A stretch of 63,951 bases of DNA, counting the filler, from Octopus bimaculoides (taxonomy: Eukaryota), in assembly GCF_001194135.2 (NCBI RefSeq). It is 6 parts of 6 records of this genome, joined end to end, with 100 filler letters (N's around TTAATTAATTAA, not from the genome) between each part and the next. Parts side by side here need not be neighbours in the genome. Positions count along the whole stretch, not along the records: positions 1 to 31,776 come from NC_068988.1; positions 31,877 to 54,884 come from NC_069001.1; 4 more parts are not named here. One strand, given 5' to 3'. Positions 24,366 through 38,200 of the stretch are shown here, piece after piece. The position numbers were made by a program, and so were the translations under genes. Below the pieces are notes generated by a model. The model was not told where the DNA came from and searched no databases. It saw only the letters and a list, made by a program, of their open reading frames with translations. The number at the start of each line of letters is the position of its first letter. The stretch's first letter is position 1.

Positions 24366-26077
24366 TTGGAAAATCCAGTGTCCTCTGTGTGTAAATAATA
24401 TTAGTATTCCTTCTGTAGAAGGAGCAATTCTCGTAATAATCATTGGGTTATATGTATAATGTTATTTTACTTGAAACTTACGGAAATTGCAGTATCCATT
24501 CATATTCATTACCGAACTTATGTGAATTTCCTTTTCATTTTACATCTAACTGAAAACCCAAATTCAGCTGCGCGGAACATGTCGCAAGTCTCTAAAACAA
24601 CAGGTAGACTTGTGCAGTGGCTGAGTTGTATCCAATAGATAAGAAAAAAAAACAACTCCAAAGGCTTCTATGGCGATAGAAATACGATTTAGCTTAACAA
24701 TTAAGGCGAAAATGGAAAAGAATTGTGCAATCAAGAAAGAACTGGAGTGCATTGTGACCAGTGGTGTACAACAACGTGTGATAGCCTACTCAACAGTGAT
24801 ACTGTAATATACACATGTAGAGATAAACTTCTACATAAAGGTATATAAACACAGAAACAAACATAAAGATAAGAATATGCAGAAAACACACACATACACT
24901 TGAATACACACAATATCTATTGAGATACATTTAAATATATGCATGTGTGTGTGTGTATGTGTGTGTGTGTATGTGTGTGTGTGTGCGCGCGCGCACACAC
25001 GCACACACACACACACACACACAAACACATACACACACACACAGAGAAAGAGGAGGAGAGAGAGTTACCCAAAAGATCGCAGAGCATGAAACTCGAGTGG
25101 CAACCAAAATCTCAATTTAGATATTTGTGTGTGTCTGTGTGCGTGTCTTTGCACGTTTGTACATGTATGTATTATTTGTACTTATGTATAGAAAAAAACA
25201 GTAGAGAAAAAGAGTAAAAAAATGGTCTTGAAATCCATACCGTCTGCTAAGCAGCTTTCAAGCCAAATTTAATAGCGAAGATCTAATATTGTTATAAACA
25301 CGCGACACCTTACGCTGCTTGGTTCGAAAGAAACGAACTTGAGTGACTCACCCAAGTAATTTCAGGACAAAAACTGATATCGGTATGATGTGGGGAGTTG
25401 TGTGATTACGGCAATAGATGTACGGGGTGTGAATGTGTGTGGCAGAGGTTCTCTTTGTACACCAATTAAATTCACTAAATTTTTTATCGAAGAAGACGAA
25501 CGTGAGTGTTATGTTATACATTTATTGTTGTTGTTTTTATGTTGGGCGTTTGATTTTCGGTTTTGCCTTTTGTATTTTTCTTTTCTTTTTTTTTCTTATC
25601 ATTTCGTCTAAAAATGTAGGGCTGTGTTCCCTACCCTTAGCTATACCAGAACCTTTTTATCCAGTGAGAAACTTTTTCACTGCTTAGTCAGTAGAGAAAG
25701 AGCAACGTCTTTGACCCTTTTCATGGCTTTCGTGAAAGAAAAAGTAGTTATCCTTAAACTTGACTCTTGGCTCGAAGGCTTGCAACAAAGTGGACTACGA
25801 TAAAGTTACACCGGGGTGACGAATTAAATCAAGTCACCCACTCAGAAACAAAAACTGTTCTTCCAACGAGATTCTACACATATTCTATCTATAAAATTTC
25901 ACTTACTCTGTTTTAATTATCCTGAGGCTATGGTACAATTCACATCGTAATCGAACACGAAACCGCATTGTTGCGAACTAAAATTCCGAAACACATAGCT
26001 ATGCATACAGTTATTAGTGTTTTGTTGCAAATGTTGTTTGAACGCATATATGAACAGACATATAACCATATGCACTT

Positions 26078-26295
26078 TTGGCGAGTTGGCAGAGTCGTGA
26101 ATGCCTCAGACAAACTATTTAATGTTATTTCTTCTGTTTTTTTTTTGTTTTTTTTTTTTGCATTCCGAGTTTAAAACCCGCTGAGGTCAGTTTTGCCTTT
26201 CATACTTTCACCGTCGATAAAATAAAGCACTAGTCAAGATCTGTGAGCAATGTTATCAATTATACCCCCGCTAAAATTTCTGGCCATGAAACCAA
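26078..26295 (+). mobile_element. SINE family B (decayed)
   Basis: GGCGAGTTGGCAGAGTCG...GAGGTCAGTTTTGCCTTTCAT...GTCGATAAAATAAAG. Similar relics at about 30400, 35885, 50025, 52495 and 52625. Confidence 0.7.
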
Positions 26296-27651
26296 AATTA
26301 TAAACGAAGAAAGAAATTATTTTACTCATTTGCTATCAAAGGTTTTAGGTTTTTGATTGGTTTAGGTACAACACCTTCTTTCCGAAGACTGATGATCCGG
26401 AACCTCTCATGATCCGCATTAATTAACGAACATGAATTTCAAATTCCCGTGACCGCCAGACTAGTTTACTGGTACTGCACATATATTAGTACCTTGTACA
26501 ATACAGTATTAATGAACTGTATCATTTATACTAATGTATAGGTACGTGAGTTTCATATAATTGAAATTTAATATTTATTTAATTCAGAGTAATCAGAGAA
26601 GTCAGTAATTCAGAATGGCTCTCGACCGAAAGTTTCAGGAAAATCGATTTTGTAATTGTACTTTTTTTTATCAACCTTGCAAAAAATTAGTAAGTCGTAT
26701 CTTGTGTAAAAGGGAAGCAATTCAATTGCATCTAACACTGTATTCTTATTCGTCACAATGGTTTTGGTATTGCACAAGTATTCATGAATTTGTATTCTGC
26801 AATACTACAGTGCTACCATTGTAACTCCTAAACTTGATAATCCTTTAATAGACAATCTGCAATGTATTAAATATTATAGAATATTCAAGAAATCAAATGT
26901 GTTGCCCGATCTACCTTAGTTGTTCTCATCTACTACATTTCACAAGGCTTTGCTCTAGCCGACAATCAGCCAAGGTTTATTAATGTGTTCTAACTCGAAA
27001 CCACATTGCTGTAAGAGAAGTTTAAACGTACAACCACGCCAACCAATTTAAACAGTTGTTTGAAAATACACACGTTCTCTCTCACGCACACATATATACA
27101 CACAGACATGCACACACACTCAAACACACACATGCACACATACACACGTACCTACATGCACGCAAACACACACATACATACACACACTCAAACACACACA
27201 TGCACACATACACACATACCTACACGCACACAATGGACCACTGCAAAGTTTCCAATCTATCAAATACTCTTAACTAATGGCGATTTATCTTCTTTCACGT
27301 ATTTGATTCTACAACGAAGAAAACATTATAACATTTTCTGCAATGCAAATTATTCAACTGACTTTTCAAAGCCTGAAAATTTGTGTACATTTCTAAACAC
27401 ATGTAAACTTTTCCTTTTGAATTAACACCGGTCGTTTTCATGATGAATTCTGTCTTATATCTTATTTACATTTCTAGACTATGTGCTATGTAATTATTTC
27501 TATCTTAAACTACCGACAAAATCGAAAGAAATTTTCCTTTTGTTCGGAAGAAACGAGGCATGAATTTATATAATTGATTATTGTTTTTTGTTTCTCCTAA
27601 TTTACCCCTTAATTCCCGGCAAAATCTTTAGGATAGTAATATTTTTGAAAT

Positions 27652-27908
27652 TCGACTACGCATTGCCTCGTAGCCGTAAGCTTGCCGAAGCATGCTCAAT
27701 ATCTCTGTAGCAGAATCCCCTAGTTTAACTCAAAGTTTCACATTGACTTTCTGTTCCAACTTCCTGTTCATGACAAAATCGCAGACTACAGCATACACGC
27801 GATCAGGAAAACACAAATTTCACAAGTTGTGAAGTAAACACAGCAACGTCATACTGCCTTCGTGAGGATCTCACTGCGCACGCAACCGTGTACTGCAGAA
27901 GTAGTCCG
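27652..27908 (-). mobile_element. 5' fragment of the same mariner family as 20333-21264, opposite orientation
   Basis: Reverse complement aligns to about 20350-20640 (e.g. cggactacttctg, ttgctgtgtttacttc, tgctgtagtctgc, aagcttacggc). Confidence 0.85.
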
Positions 27909-28567
27909 TCGCTAGAAGATGGTAGGGATTCGTTCACTTGCTCGCAATATATAGGACGCAGCTGTGCATCGTTAACCAACTAGGGAAATCCTCCTGAGGT
28001 TAAAAAAAATTGCAGTAAAGTCCGATCGAACGGAACAGTCATGTTGAAGTCGTTATGACCATTATTTGCTATATATATATATATTGCACTTATCCCTATC
28101 TGACGTCCCTAAATTGTTTAATCCCTAGCCTGTAAACAGCAGGCGCCGCTAGTATGTCCCTTGCACCACGTTGAATCATAGACAGGATTATCTGTTGAAG
28201 CTATTCTGGCAATAAATTTATGCTACTTGAAACGACCAATGTAAGGTCAACAGTAACCTCTCTTAGGACTCATATTTAATTTACTTACCTCTGAAACTTT
28301 GATCAGGAATTTTACGTTCTATGTTTTCAGTCGTACATCTGTCTGCATACATATATGCGCGTGTGTATGAATGTATGTAAGTATGCATGTAAATATATAT
28401 GTTGGTTGGTATATAGACGTACAAAGGAAATAAAATAGAACTAAATCCATGTGGTATTATTAGTAGGTGGGCCACAGCTTTCACATTGCTATATTTAAAC
28501 ATATATGCGTGTATGTGTGAGTTTGTGTGTGTGTTTATGTGCATTTGCGTGTGTGTGCTTATGTGTA

Positions 28568-28605
<38 letters not shown>

Positions 28606-28787
28606 GTGCTTATGTACATTGATATATATATATATATACATGCATATATANNNNNNNNNNNNNNNNNNNNNNNNNNNNNNNNNNNNNNNNNNNNNNNNNN
28701 NTATATATATATATATACACATATAAGTTATAATATATAAACTCGCTCATTTATATATTATAAACATATTTGTCTATATATATGTAT

Positions 28788-28842
<55 letters not shown>

Positions 28843-28965
28843 CACATATATACATACATACATACATACGTACGTACATACATACATACATGCGTATATG
28901 TTTATGTGTGCGTATGTGCCCCAGCATGTCCGCACCTTTAAAGCTGAAACAATTTAAATATATAT

Positions 28966-29002
<37 letters not shown>

Positions 29003-29639
29003 GTATGTATGTATATATGTATGCACGTATGTATGTATTTTTGTTTGTATGTATGTGTGTGTGTATGTATGTATGTATGTATGTATGTATGTATGTGTGT
29101 GTATGTATATATGCATGTATGTATGTGTATCAAATGGTAACTGTAAATGCCTTATCTATCATCATTAGCCTTGTCATATTACTCTCTAGAAATAAGAAAT
29201 AATATGGCCGATACATTAATGTCTTTGTCATCTCCTCTCTTCCTCACCACCCTCTCAATAAAAAAAATACCCAGACCTAGATAAAGCTAATTGTAATTAA
29301 ATGCCCTTTGACGAGGCCCCAGATGCAGGGTTAATAACAATACGTTTCATATTGCCTACCGACAACAGTACCAGTGTTACGTCCACTCTGAAATTTATGT
29401 TAAAGGTGAATTTATGTTGTTTTTTTTTTAAATTTTGTTTTATTTATTTATTGGTAATCTATTAGATATTTCAACGTTAGCGGTTTGCGACAGATCTCAT
29501 AAAACAATCTGACAACGAGAGCAACAACATGAACACAAGCACCGCTAATAATTACACAATGACGGCCACCACAACTACCACTGCCACCAAAGCCAAAACC
29601 AACAACAAAGGCAGTCAACCACCAAGAAGTAGCAACCAA

Positions 29640-29990
29640 ATCAAATCTCAGATCTTATCTTAGTATTTTGAATAAAGAAATAGCATTAAATGAACAGGGT
29701 GCTCTGGGTCGTAAATCTGTTCTATGACTCAGGTTAGCCAATGATGGCTAACCTGAGACTAAGCGACATTATCAACAACAGTAATAGCTATAACAATGAC
29801 AACATATTTACCGATAAACGGATCTATTTGCTGTCGTGGGATCTACTAGACATTGCAACTAAATCTCTCTCAAATTGCACCTTTTCATCTTAGAAAAAAG
29901 GATACATTAAACATTGTCCTAAATAGAATCTAAAAATACTGGGTAGCTGAAATGCTTTTGACCATAAGAGATGTGGTCGATCAAGGCTGG
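29640..29990 (+). repeat. Two pieces of a dispersed repeat (family D)
   Basis: The AAATCTCTCTCAAAT...GGATACATT motif recurs at about 12725, 12955 and, inverted, about 62710. Confidence 0.5.
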
Positions 29991-31742
29991 ATTGGAATTG
30001 TAACTATTACAGCAGCTGTAGTAGTCGTAATAGTAACTGTAGTTGTAATAATGATGGTGGTGTTTCGTGTTGGCTTCATAATAGTAACAACGATTTCTAA
30101 GTTTGTCACAAACCTATGAAATTTAGCGATGGGTTGTAGGCAAATAAATGCATACTCAATGTTTATATTTAATTGTAAATGACAGCGCTCAAACTTGAAA
30201 CTCATAAAAGAATATTTAATTATTGCATGTCATTTTGCTGCCGAAATGTTTGTGCGTCTCCACCGTCTAATAATAAAACAAATTATATCTATATTTGCCA
30301 TGAGGGTGCCTTATGAGATGTGCATTACAAGGACAATGATAATGATTTCTAACATAGATGCAATGCCACAAGTTTTGAGAGATAGAAAGTGTACAGACCT
30401 TTAAATGCAGTCGTCTTGTCGGACCTGGAAATATAAGGGCAAAATTGACACCAGCCGGATTCGAACTCAGAAGAGCGTTATTACACATAATATGATATAT
30501 TATCTGGTACTCTAAGGAATCTGCAAAGCTACCATTAATGTATATCTTGACGAGAGGGCAAAGATGACATATCAGTGAGATGGAGAGCTGCATTATAAAG
30601 CTACGGGAAAGTGTAAAGATAAAGATATTGGATAATAACAGGATATTTATTCCGAATAAATGACAACGATTGTGATAAGCAGAGGAAAATGAAGGGTCTA
30701 ATTATGCTGTTATTAGCATTGGCTGTTCTTACATTTTGCAGAATTTTCAGGAGTATGACCTTATTACAGAATTGAGATAGATAGCTTATGCATAAGATTA
30801 AGTTTCATGAACTATCGCATTATTGCTTAACACAAGATAATATGATCGCAAAGTCGTCTCATATAATTTTAAAGCATGACCTTTATCATATCATTTGTAC
30901 AGCATTGTAGAGGAAGACAATGATGTACCAGTATGTGTCGGACAAAATCTAACGTGTGGAAATAGCCAAACACGCCCAGAGGAAATGATGTTCTTGGGCT
31001 CGAAAATACCTATATGTTACTATTGACAGTTTAATAATATGGACCATTAAAACTATTTCTGCTGGAAACCCATAGCAAAGAGGATAACTGAAATAGGATT
31101 CCCAGTATTTTGATAATTAAGCAACAAATTAATTGCAAACTAATGACATTACATGTAAGGAATATCATATCATTACACAAGGTCATGTCGTAATAAGGCT
31201 ATATCATGTTGTTACAAAGCAATACCACATCATATCATTGCAGAGAAATACCATATTATTTCACAGTAAGGCTATATCATAGCAATATTATATTACAGTA
31301 AGGCCATATACTCCTCATTTAGGCTTTCATTCTCGACATTCCCGCGTGTCCACTGTGGAATCCTGCAATACTCGTTTCTGTAGTGCAGTTGGTACTACCC
31401 TCTTTGCACGTACATTAAAACATCGTCGCATAGTGAAAAATTATACGAATTCGTATTTTTGTTTTGCTTATTTTTCGACATTTCTTTCATTCTTGTGATG
31501 TAATTATCTTCTGCGGATTTCATTTTTATATCATGCGCTGTCACTGACACACAACGTTTTGAATTAATTTTTTTTTTTCATTTCAGCAGCTGAGTTCTTT
31601 TCACTGGTGGAGCAGCCATTTAATTTTTTACAGTACCGGCTTCACATTTTTACAGTCGGTATCAAACAGATTTGTCGTGTTATTTACGACGAACACTTTC
31701 AGCTTGCAAGTTTTTCCTCGAAATGTGACATCATTCCGCATA

Positions 31743-31776
<34 letters not shown>

Positions 31777-33010
31777 NNNNNNNNNNNNNNNNNNNNNNNN
31801 NNNNNNNNNNNNNNNNNNNNTTAATTAATTAANNNNNNNNNNNNNNNNNNNNNNNNNNNNNNNNNNNNNNNNNNNNTATATATATATGTATATATATACA
31901 CAGATGCATACACACGCACACATGTATGCACATACGATTATATTAATATTTATGATATACAAAAATCAAAGAAAATAAAGAAACTTACATTGATTATGTC
32001 GCAGACGCACGCAAACGCTCATACACACGTGTACATACATACTAATATTTACACACATACATACACATATATAGACAGCCCCATCTATAGAAAAAGATCT
32101 TGTGCGATGGTCAGTGTTTTCAAGTAGAAAAAGGAAATAAGCAAAAGAAAAAATCAAAAGTTCTTGTCTATAACAAGGTATTTAGCCAGAAGACAGAGGA
32201 TTGAATATCGGGATTTCATGTGAAAAAAATCTAACCGTCCTATAACATCAATAGAAAACATTATATCACTCGTCGAGTGCCATACTATCTCCTACCCCTG
32301 CCAATATAGTAAATATTTGGTCATACATATATTCTATTATGAATATATGAATATAGCGATATTTAGATTCAATATTTTGATATCTGACACCAAAAACAAA
32401 ATGGAAGACATCTCAGTTTGTTTATTTTATTTTATTTTAATTAAATAGTAAAGGGAACAGAGAAACGTATTCGTCACCTTTTGCTGCCTCATCTGGTTTT
32501 GTGATATTGATGTCGTCGATTTACAGGCTGTTTGAGGGTCTGCGAGTTAAGGAATGGTAATTCCACAGAAATGAATTAACGGAAATATTGATGATCAGAC
32601 GTGCAAATTCTAGGTTACGTTTGGATAGCTTTCTTCTTTAATCTGTCAAATACACCATTGTAGTTGCTACATGAATGGAGTAGTGATTGATCGTTTCATC
32701 AGGGTGGGAGTATATTGTTAGGTCTGTTGCTGTTGTTGTTGACGCTGATGTGTGGCCTCGGGTCATCCCCAGTCAAGAAGATATGTTACCAAAGATACTA
32801 AATTCCATTCGCAATGTCGACCTAAAAGGCTACAATAAAACACATTTGACAAAGTGCCGCGCAGTGGAATTGAAATCACAGACATGGAGTTGCAAAGCGA
32901 GCTTCACTATACAATCAGAGTCCGTGCCTTTGGACGTTGAAAGTGTGTGTGTGTGTATGTGTGTGTGTGGTGTGTGTGTGTGGTGTGTGTGTGTGTTTGT
33001 GTGTGTGTAT

Positions 33011-33204
33011 GTTTGTCCCCCCAACATCGCTTGACAACCAATGCTGGTGTGTTAACGTCCCAGTAACTTAGCGGTTCGGCAAAAGGGACCGATAGAATAA
33101 GTACTAGGCATACAAATAAGTCGCTGAGGTCGACTTGCTCGACTAAATGCGGTGCTCCAGCATGGCCGCAGTCAAATGGCTGAAAAAAGTAAAAGAATAA
33201 AAGA
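33011..33204 (+). mobile_element. SINE family A, 3' half
   Basis: CGCTTGACAACC...GTAACTTAGCGGTTCGGCAAAAG...CCAGCATGGCCGCAGTC. Confidence 0.9.
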
Positions 33205-33830
33205 ATTTATATATGTATTTATTTGTATGTATATATGTATGTGTCCATATGTATGTTTGTGTGTATTTGTGTAATGTATGTATGTACATGTGTATATATA
33301 TGTGTGTGTGTATGTATGTATTTGTGTATGCATGCATGTATGTGTGCATGTATGTATAAATATATGTATGCACGCATACATGTATCTATGAATGTGTGTT
33401 ATGTATGTGTGAATGTGTGTGTATGTATGTATGTATGNNNNNNNNNNNNNNNNNNNNNNNNNNNNNNNNNNNNNNNNNNNNNNNNNNNNNNNNNNNNNNN
33501 NNNNNNNNNNNNNNNNNNNNNNNNNNNNNNNNNNNNNNNNNNNNNNNNNNNNTTATTTATTTTGTATTTATTTATTTATTCATCAATTTATATCGTTAAA
33601 GGTATTTTTTTAAAATTCTTCCTCTGTTTTTTTTTTTTTAATTAAATGGCTTTAGATTCTGTTTCACAATCACACTTTTGCTTTTGTTTCCAATAGTTTA
33701 AATTTAATTTATTTTTATTTTTATTTTCATTCACGCTGTTTAATTGGATTTAGTATTTATTCTCTTTTTGTCTCACCGTCTCATACAAACATATATATAC
33801 TCATACATGCATGCAACAAATTCATGCGTG

Positions 33831-33874
<44 letters not shown>

Positions 33875-35093
33875 NNNNNNNNNNGTGTGTATGTATGTAT
33901 GTATGTATGTATGTATGTGTATATATATGTGTTTATATGTGTGTGTATATGTGTCTCTGGTTGGTTGCTTCCAGATCAATGTCAATTCTTGCTTATTATA
34001 TTTGGCTGACATATATTTTATATTTATTTATTTATTTTATATTTTATATTTATTTTATATTTATTTATTTTGTATTTATTTATTTATTCATCAATTTATA
34101 TCGTTAAAGGTATTTTTTTAAAATTCTTCCTCTGTTTTTTTTTTTTTAATTAAATGNNNNNNNNNNNNNNNNNNNNNNNNNNNNNNNNNNNNNNNNNNNN
34201 NNNNNNNNNNNNNNNNNNNNNNNNNNNNNNNNNNNNNNNNNNNNNNNNNNNNNNNNNNNNNNNNNNNNNNNNNNNNNNNNNNNNNNNNNNNNNNNNNNNN
34301 NNNNNNNNNNNNNNNNNNNNNNNNNNNNNNNNNNNNNNNNNNNNNNNNNNNNNNNNNNNNNNNNNNNNNNNNNNNNNNNNNNNNNNNNNNNNNNNNNNNN
34401 NNNNNNNNNNNNNNNNNNNNNNNNNNNNNNNNNNNNNNNNNNNNNNNNNNNNNNNNNNNNNNNNNNNNNNNNNNNNNNNNNNNNNNNNNNNNNNNNNNNN
34501 NNNNNNNNNNNNNNNNNNNNNNNNNNNNNNNNNNNNNNNNNNNNNNNNNNNNNNNNNNNNNNNNNNNNNNNNNNNNNNNNNNNNNNNNNNNNNNNNNNNN
34601 NNNNNNNNNNNNNNNNNNNNNNNNNNNNNNNNNNNNNNNNNNNNNNNNNNNNNNNNNNNNNNNNNNNNNNNNNNNNNNNNNNNNNNNNNNNNNNNNNNNN
34701 NNNNNNNNNNNNNNNNNNNNNNNNNNNNNNNNNNNNNNNNNNNNNNNNNNNNNNNNNNNNNNNNNNNNNNNNNNNNNNNNNNNNNNNNNNNNNNNNNNNN
34801 NNNNNNNNNNNNNNNNNNNNNNNNNNNNNNNNNNNNNNNNNNNNNNNNNNNNNNNNNNNNNNNNNNNNNNNNNNNNNNNNNNNNNNNNNNNNNNNNNNNN
34901 NNNNNNNNNNNNNNNNNNNNNNNNNNNNNNNNNNNNNNNNNNNNNNNNNNNNNNNNNNNNNNNNNNNNNNNNNNNNNNNNNNNNNNNNNNNNNNNNNNNN
35001 NNNNNNNNNNNNNNNNNNNNNNNNNNNNNNNNNNNNNNNNNNNNNNNNNNNNNNNNNNNNNNNNNNNNNNNNNNNNNNNNNNNNNNNNNNNNN

Positions 35094-35135
<42 letters not shown>

Positions 35136-36169
35136 ATATATAAATATAATATAATATAATATAATATAATATAATATAATATAATATCTATACGTGTGTT
35201 TGTCTGAAAAATAAGCAAAACAGTTTTTAAAAATCACTACTAACCTGAAAAGATTAACTCAGGCCAATTAATAACTAGGCACCATATAATATGTTTATCT
35301 CTAAAAGCTGAATATTAAAATTTGATTGTTCAACTAAAAATTTCGTGTAGCGATGTTTCAGAGTAACACGTATGTATGTATGTATGTATGTATGTATGTA
35401 TGTATGTATGTATGTATGTTCTATTTTAATGTTAATTACTAGAATTCTTCCTCTGAAGAAGGAGTTAGTTCTAACAAAGATACAAACCTAGATCTTCGGA
35501 GTGTACGAGATAAAAAAAACCCAGCAAAATCAAATTCTTAACTTAAGAAAAGTCTTGCATATGTTTACACTTCCGCTTACAGATTATATTTAATACATAA
35601 ATAAAACATATGTATGTATGATGTGTATATGTGTATGTATATGTATTTATGTGTGAATGATGTGTGTGTGTATGATATGTGTACGTATATGTGTGTGTCT
35701 CGTAGAATTTAAATTTGGTGGAGAATCAACCTCGACTCTAATGAGATTACAGGCTATACATAATTCGTACATGTGTGTGTGCTTGCATGTAATATATATT
35801 CATAAGAGAATGTATATAGTGTATACATGCGTGTATAACACTGTATCGTAAACATTCTCTAACAAGAGTCGTTTATGTATAGAACAAAATTCGTTACGAT
35901 GTTTGTTCTCGATTGCACTATTCTGAGTTCAAAATGTGTGAAAATCCGCTTTGCCTTTTACCTTTTAGGGGTCGGTTAAACAGATTCCCAGTTCAAGAAC
36001 GATGGATTCATAGAATTGTCAAATTGTCACAGCGTCGACCAAGATGTGTTGGTGCGTGAGGGGGTGTGACTAAGCTGAAACGCTAATGTGTCAGAAGTGT
36101 GCCGGTGACGTGACAGGGGTAAGTCAGGTTTCTGTTAGTGTTGCACCATTTGAGTATCTGCGGTATGTG

Positions 36170-36330
36170 GTTTCTGTATCAGTGGTGTGACTGTAGAGCG
36201 TCGGTGTGTATCAGTGATGTGACAGTGGCGTATCAGGGGTGTAACTATGGTGTGGCACTAGTGCGTTGGTGTGACACTGGTGTATTGGTAGTGTGTTGGG
36301 TGTGGGCGTCAATGATGTGTCAGCCCCTCC
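36170..36330 (+). repeat. Decayed minisatellite, about 22-bp unit (GTATCAGTGGTGTGAC...)
   Basis: GTATCAG recurs at 36176, 36208 and 36230, with related downstream copies. Confidence 0.55.
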
Positions 36331-37639
36331 TCTTCCTCCTCCCCCTCCTCCTCACCACCACCACCACCACAACCACCACCANNNNNNNNNNNNNNNNNNN
36401 NNNNNNNNNNNNNNNNNNNNNNNNNNNNNNNNNNNNNNNNNNNNNNNNNNNNNNNNNNNNNNNNNNNNNNNNNNNNNNNNNNNNNNNNNNNNNNNNNNNN
36501 NNNNNNNNNNNNNNNNNNNNNNNNNNNNNNNNNNNNNNNNNNNNNNNNNNNNNNNNNNNNNNNNNNNNNNNNNNNNNNNNNNNNNNNNNNNNNNNNNNNN
36601 NNNNNNNNNNNNNNNNNNNNNNNNNNNNNNNNNNNNNNNNNNNNNNNNNNNNNNNNNNNNNNNNNNNNNNNNNNNNNNNNNNNNNNNNNNNNNNNNNNNN
36701 NNNNNNNNNNNNNNNNNNNNNNNNNNNNNNNNNNNNNNNNNNNNNNNNNNNNNNNNNNNNNNNNNNNNNNNNNNNNNNNNNNNNNNNNNNNNNNNNNNNN
36801 NNNNNNNNNNNNNNNNNNNNNNNNNNNNNNNNNNNNNNNNNNNNNNNNNNNNNNNNNNNNNNNNNNNNNNNNNNNNNNNNNNNNNNNNNNNNNNNNNNNN
36901 NNNNNNNNNNNNNNNNNNNNNNNNNNNNNNNNNNNNNNNNNNNNNNNNNNNNNNNNNNNNNNNNNNNNNNNNNNNNNNNNNNNNNNNNNNNNNNNNNNNN
37001 NNNNNNNNNNNNNNNNNNNNNNNNNNNNNNNNNNNNNNNNNNNNNNNNNNNNNNNNNNNNNNNNNNNNNNNNNNNNNNNNNNNNNNNNNNNNNNNNNNNN
37101 NNNNNNNNNNGAATGAAGTATCACGCTTTATTGCAATACTGATTGGGACGTGTTGAAACTACAAAACAATCAAGTGGTTTGCTCTAAGCCGTCGTTTATT
37201 GATCGGGAGGTCGGTTAAGAGGGTCAGTTAATGCATTGGTGGTGGGGAACGGCAAATGAAAACCAACGAAATACGAATCAACCAAAAACGAAAAACGAAA
37301 ATGAACGGACGGAAGTTCAGTAGCTCGGATGTGAGCACAACAGGATGTATATGCTTTGAATATACAGCATATTTTGATTTAAATATCGTAGCCATAGAGC
37401 TAGCTTGAGTTGGATATCTTACCCATTGGGGTTGGTGGATTTAAATGTCTTAAGTATGGATTCAGTGTCTGGAAGGTGGCGTTAGTGTAGTGAACATAAA
37501 CATAATACAGAGTAAACTGTCTTTGGTCATTGAAATAGCTGATATGAATGTTTTAATTTAGAGCGACCTAGATTATTTAAATAGTTTGTTCTGAAGAAAG
37601 GATGTATGTCCGTGGCCTTTACAGGTTCTTTGAGGCCGG

Positions 37640-38200
37640 TGAGGGCAACGAGGTTAAAATCTTTCTTGACGACTGCAGGAAAGCCATGGGCAAACAAGGA
37701 ACTCCAGAGGGACAAAATTCGGGGAAAGAAGCCCTTAGTGTTGTGGTTAGTGTTGGGCTTAGTGGATTGTGTACAAAATACGGGTGGAGGAAAGAGAAGA
37801 GGCGAGTATGTTTGAAATGCCTGAGTGAAGGGATCAGAAGACAATCCTGGTCTGAGAGACAGAGGTTATTAAAGTAGCAGTAGAAAAGACAGGAAGAAGA
37901 GACAGAAAATCTGTCCGGCAGAATTTAGAATATAGACATGTTGAACTATTTCATGTCAATCAGTCGAGTGGCCTTTCTTTCGAAGTCACCCTAGATAGAC
38001 ACAGATGGAGTTCAATATATTGGTCATGAAAGTAGCTGGAGTTAAACGGTGTGGTTATAAAGATGGCTAGCCAAAATTAAATAACTTCACCATGATGTAC
38101 ACAACTAATATTAAATGTGTTGACCAAGGTTGTAGCTAAAATTAAATGCCTTTTCACTTGAGCGCAAAGTTATATGATAGTTAAATGATTTAGCCAAGCA
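37640..38200 (-). mobile_element. CR1-group LINE RT C-terminal relic
   Basis: SVSSSCLFYCYFNNLC...RHFKHTRL..HPYFV...TNH...FFPRILSLWSSL.AHGFPA is the typical CR1/Daphne-like tail region. Confidence 0.75.

Noticed and set aside
31777-31876. Palindromic TTAATTAATTAA recurring at 31821, 54929, 57105, 59109 and 62596
   Set aside because: Each is flanked by exactly 44 N on both sides (100 nt total) and gives stops in all six frames. This is a scaffolding linker, not biology.
33553-34156. Identical 96-nt direct repeat (33553-33648 and 34061-34156)
   Set aside because: Both copies abut N gaps; most likely an unmerged contig overlap or haplotype duplicate.
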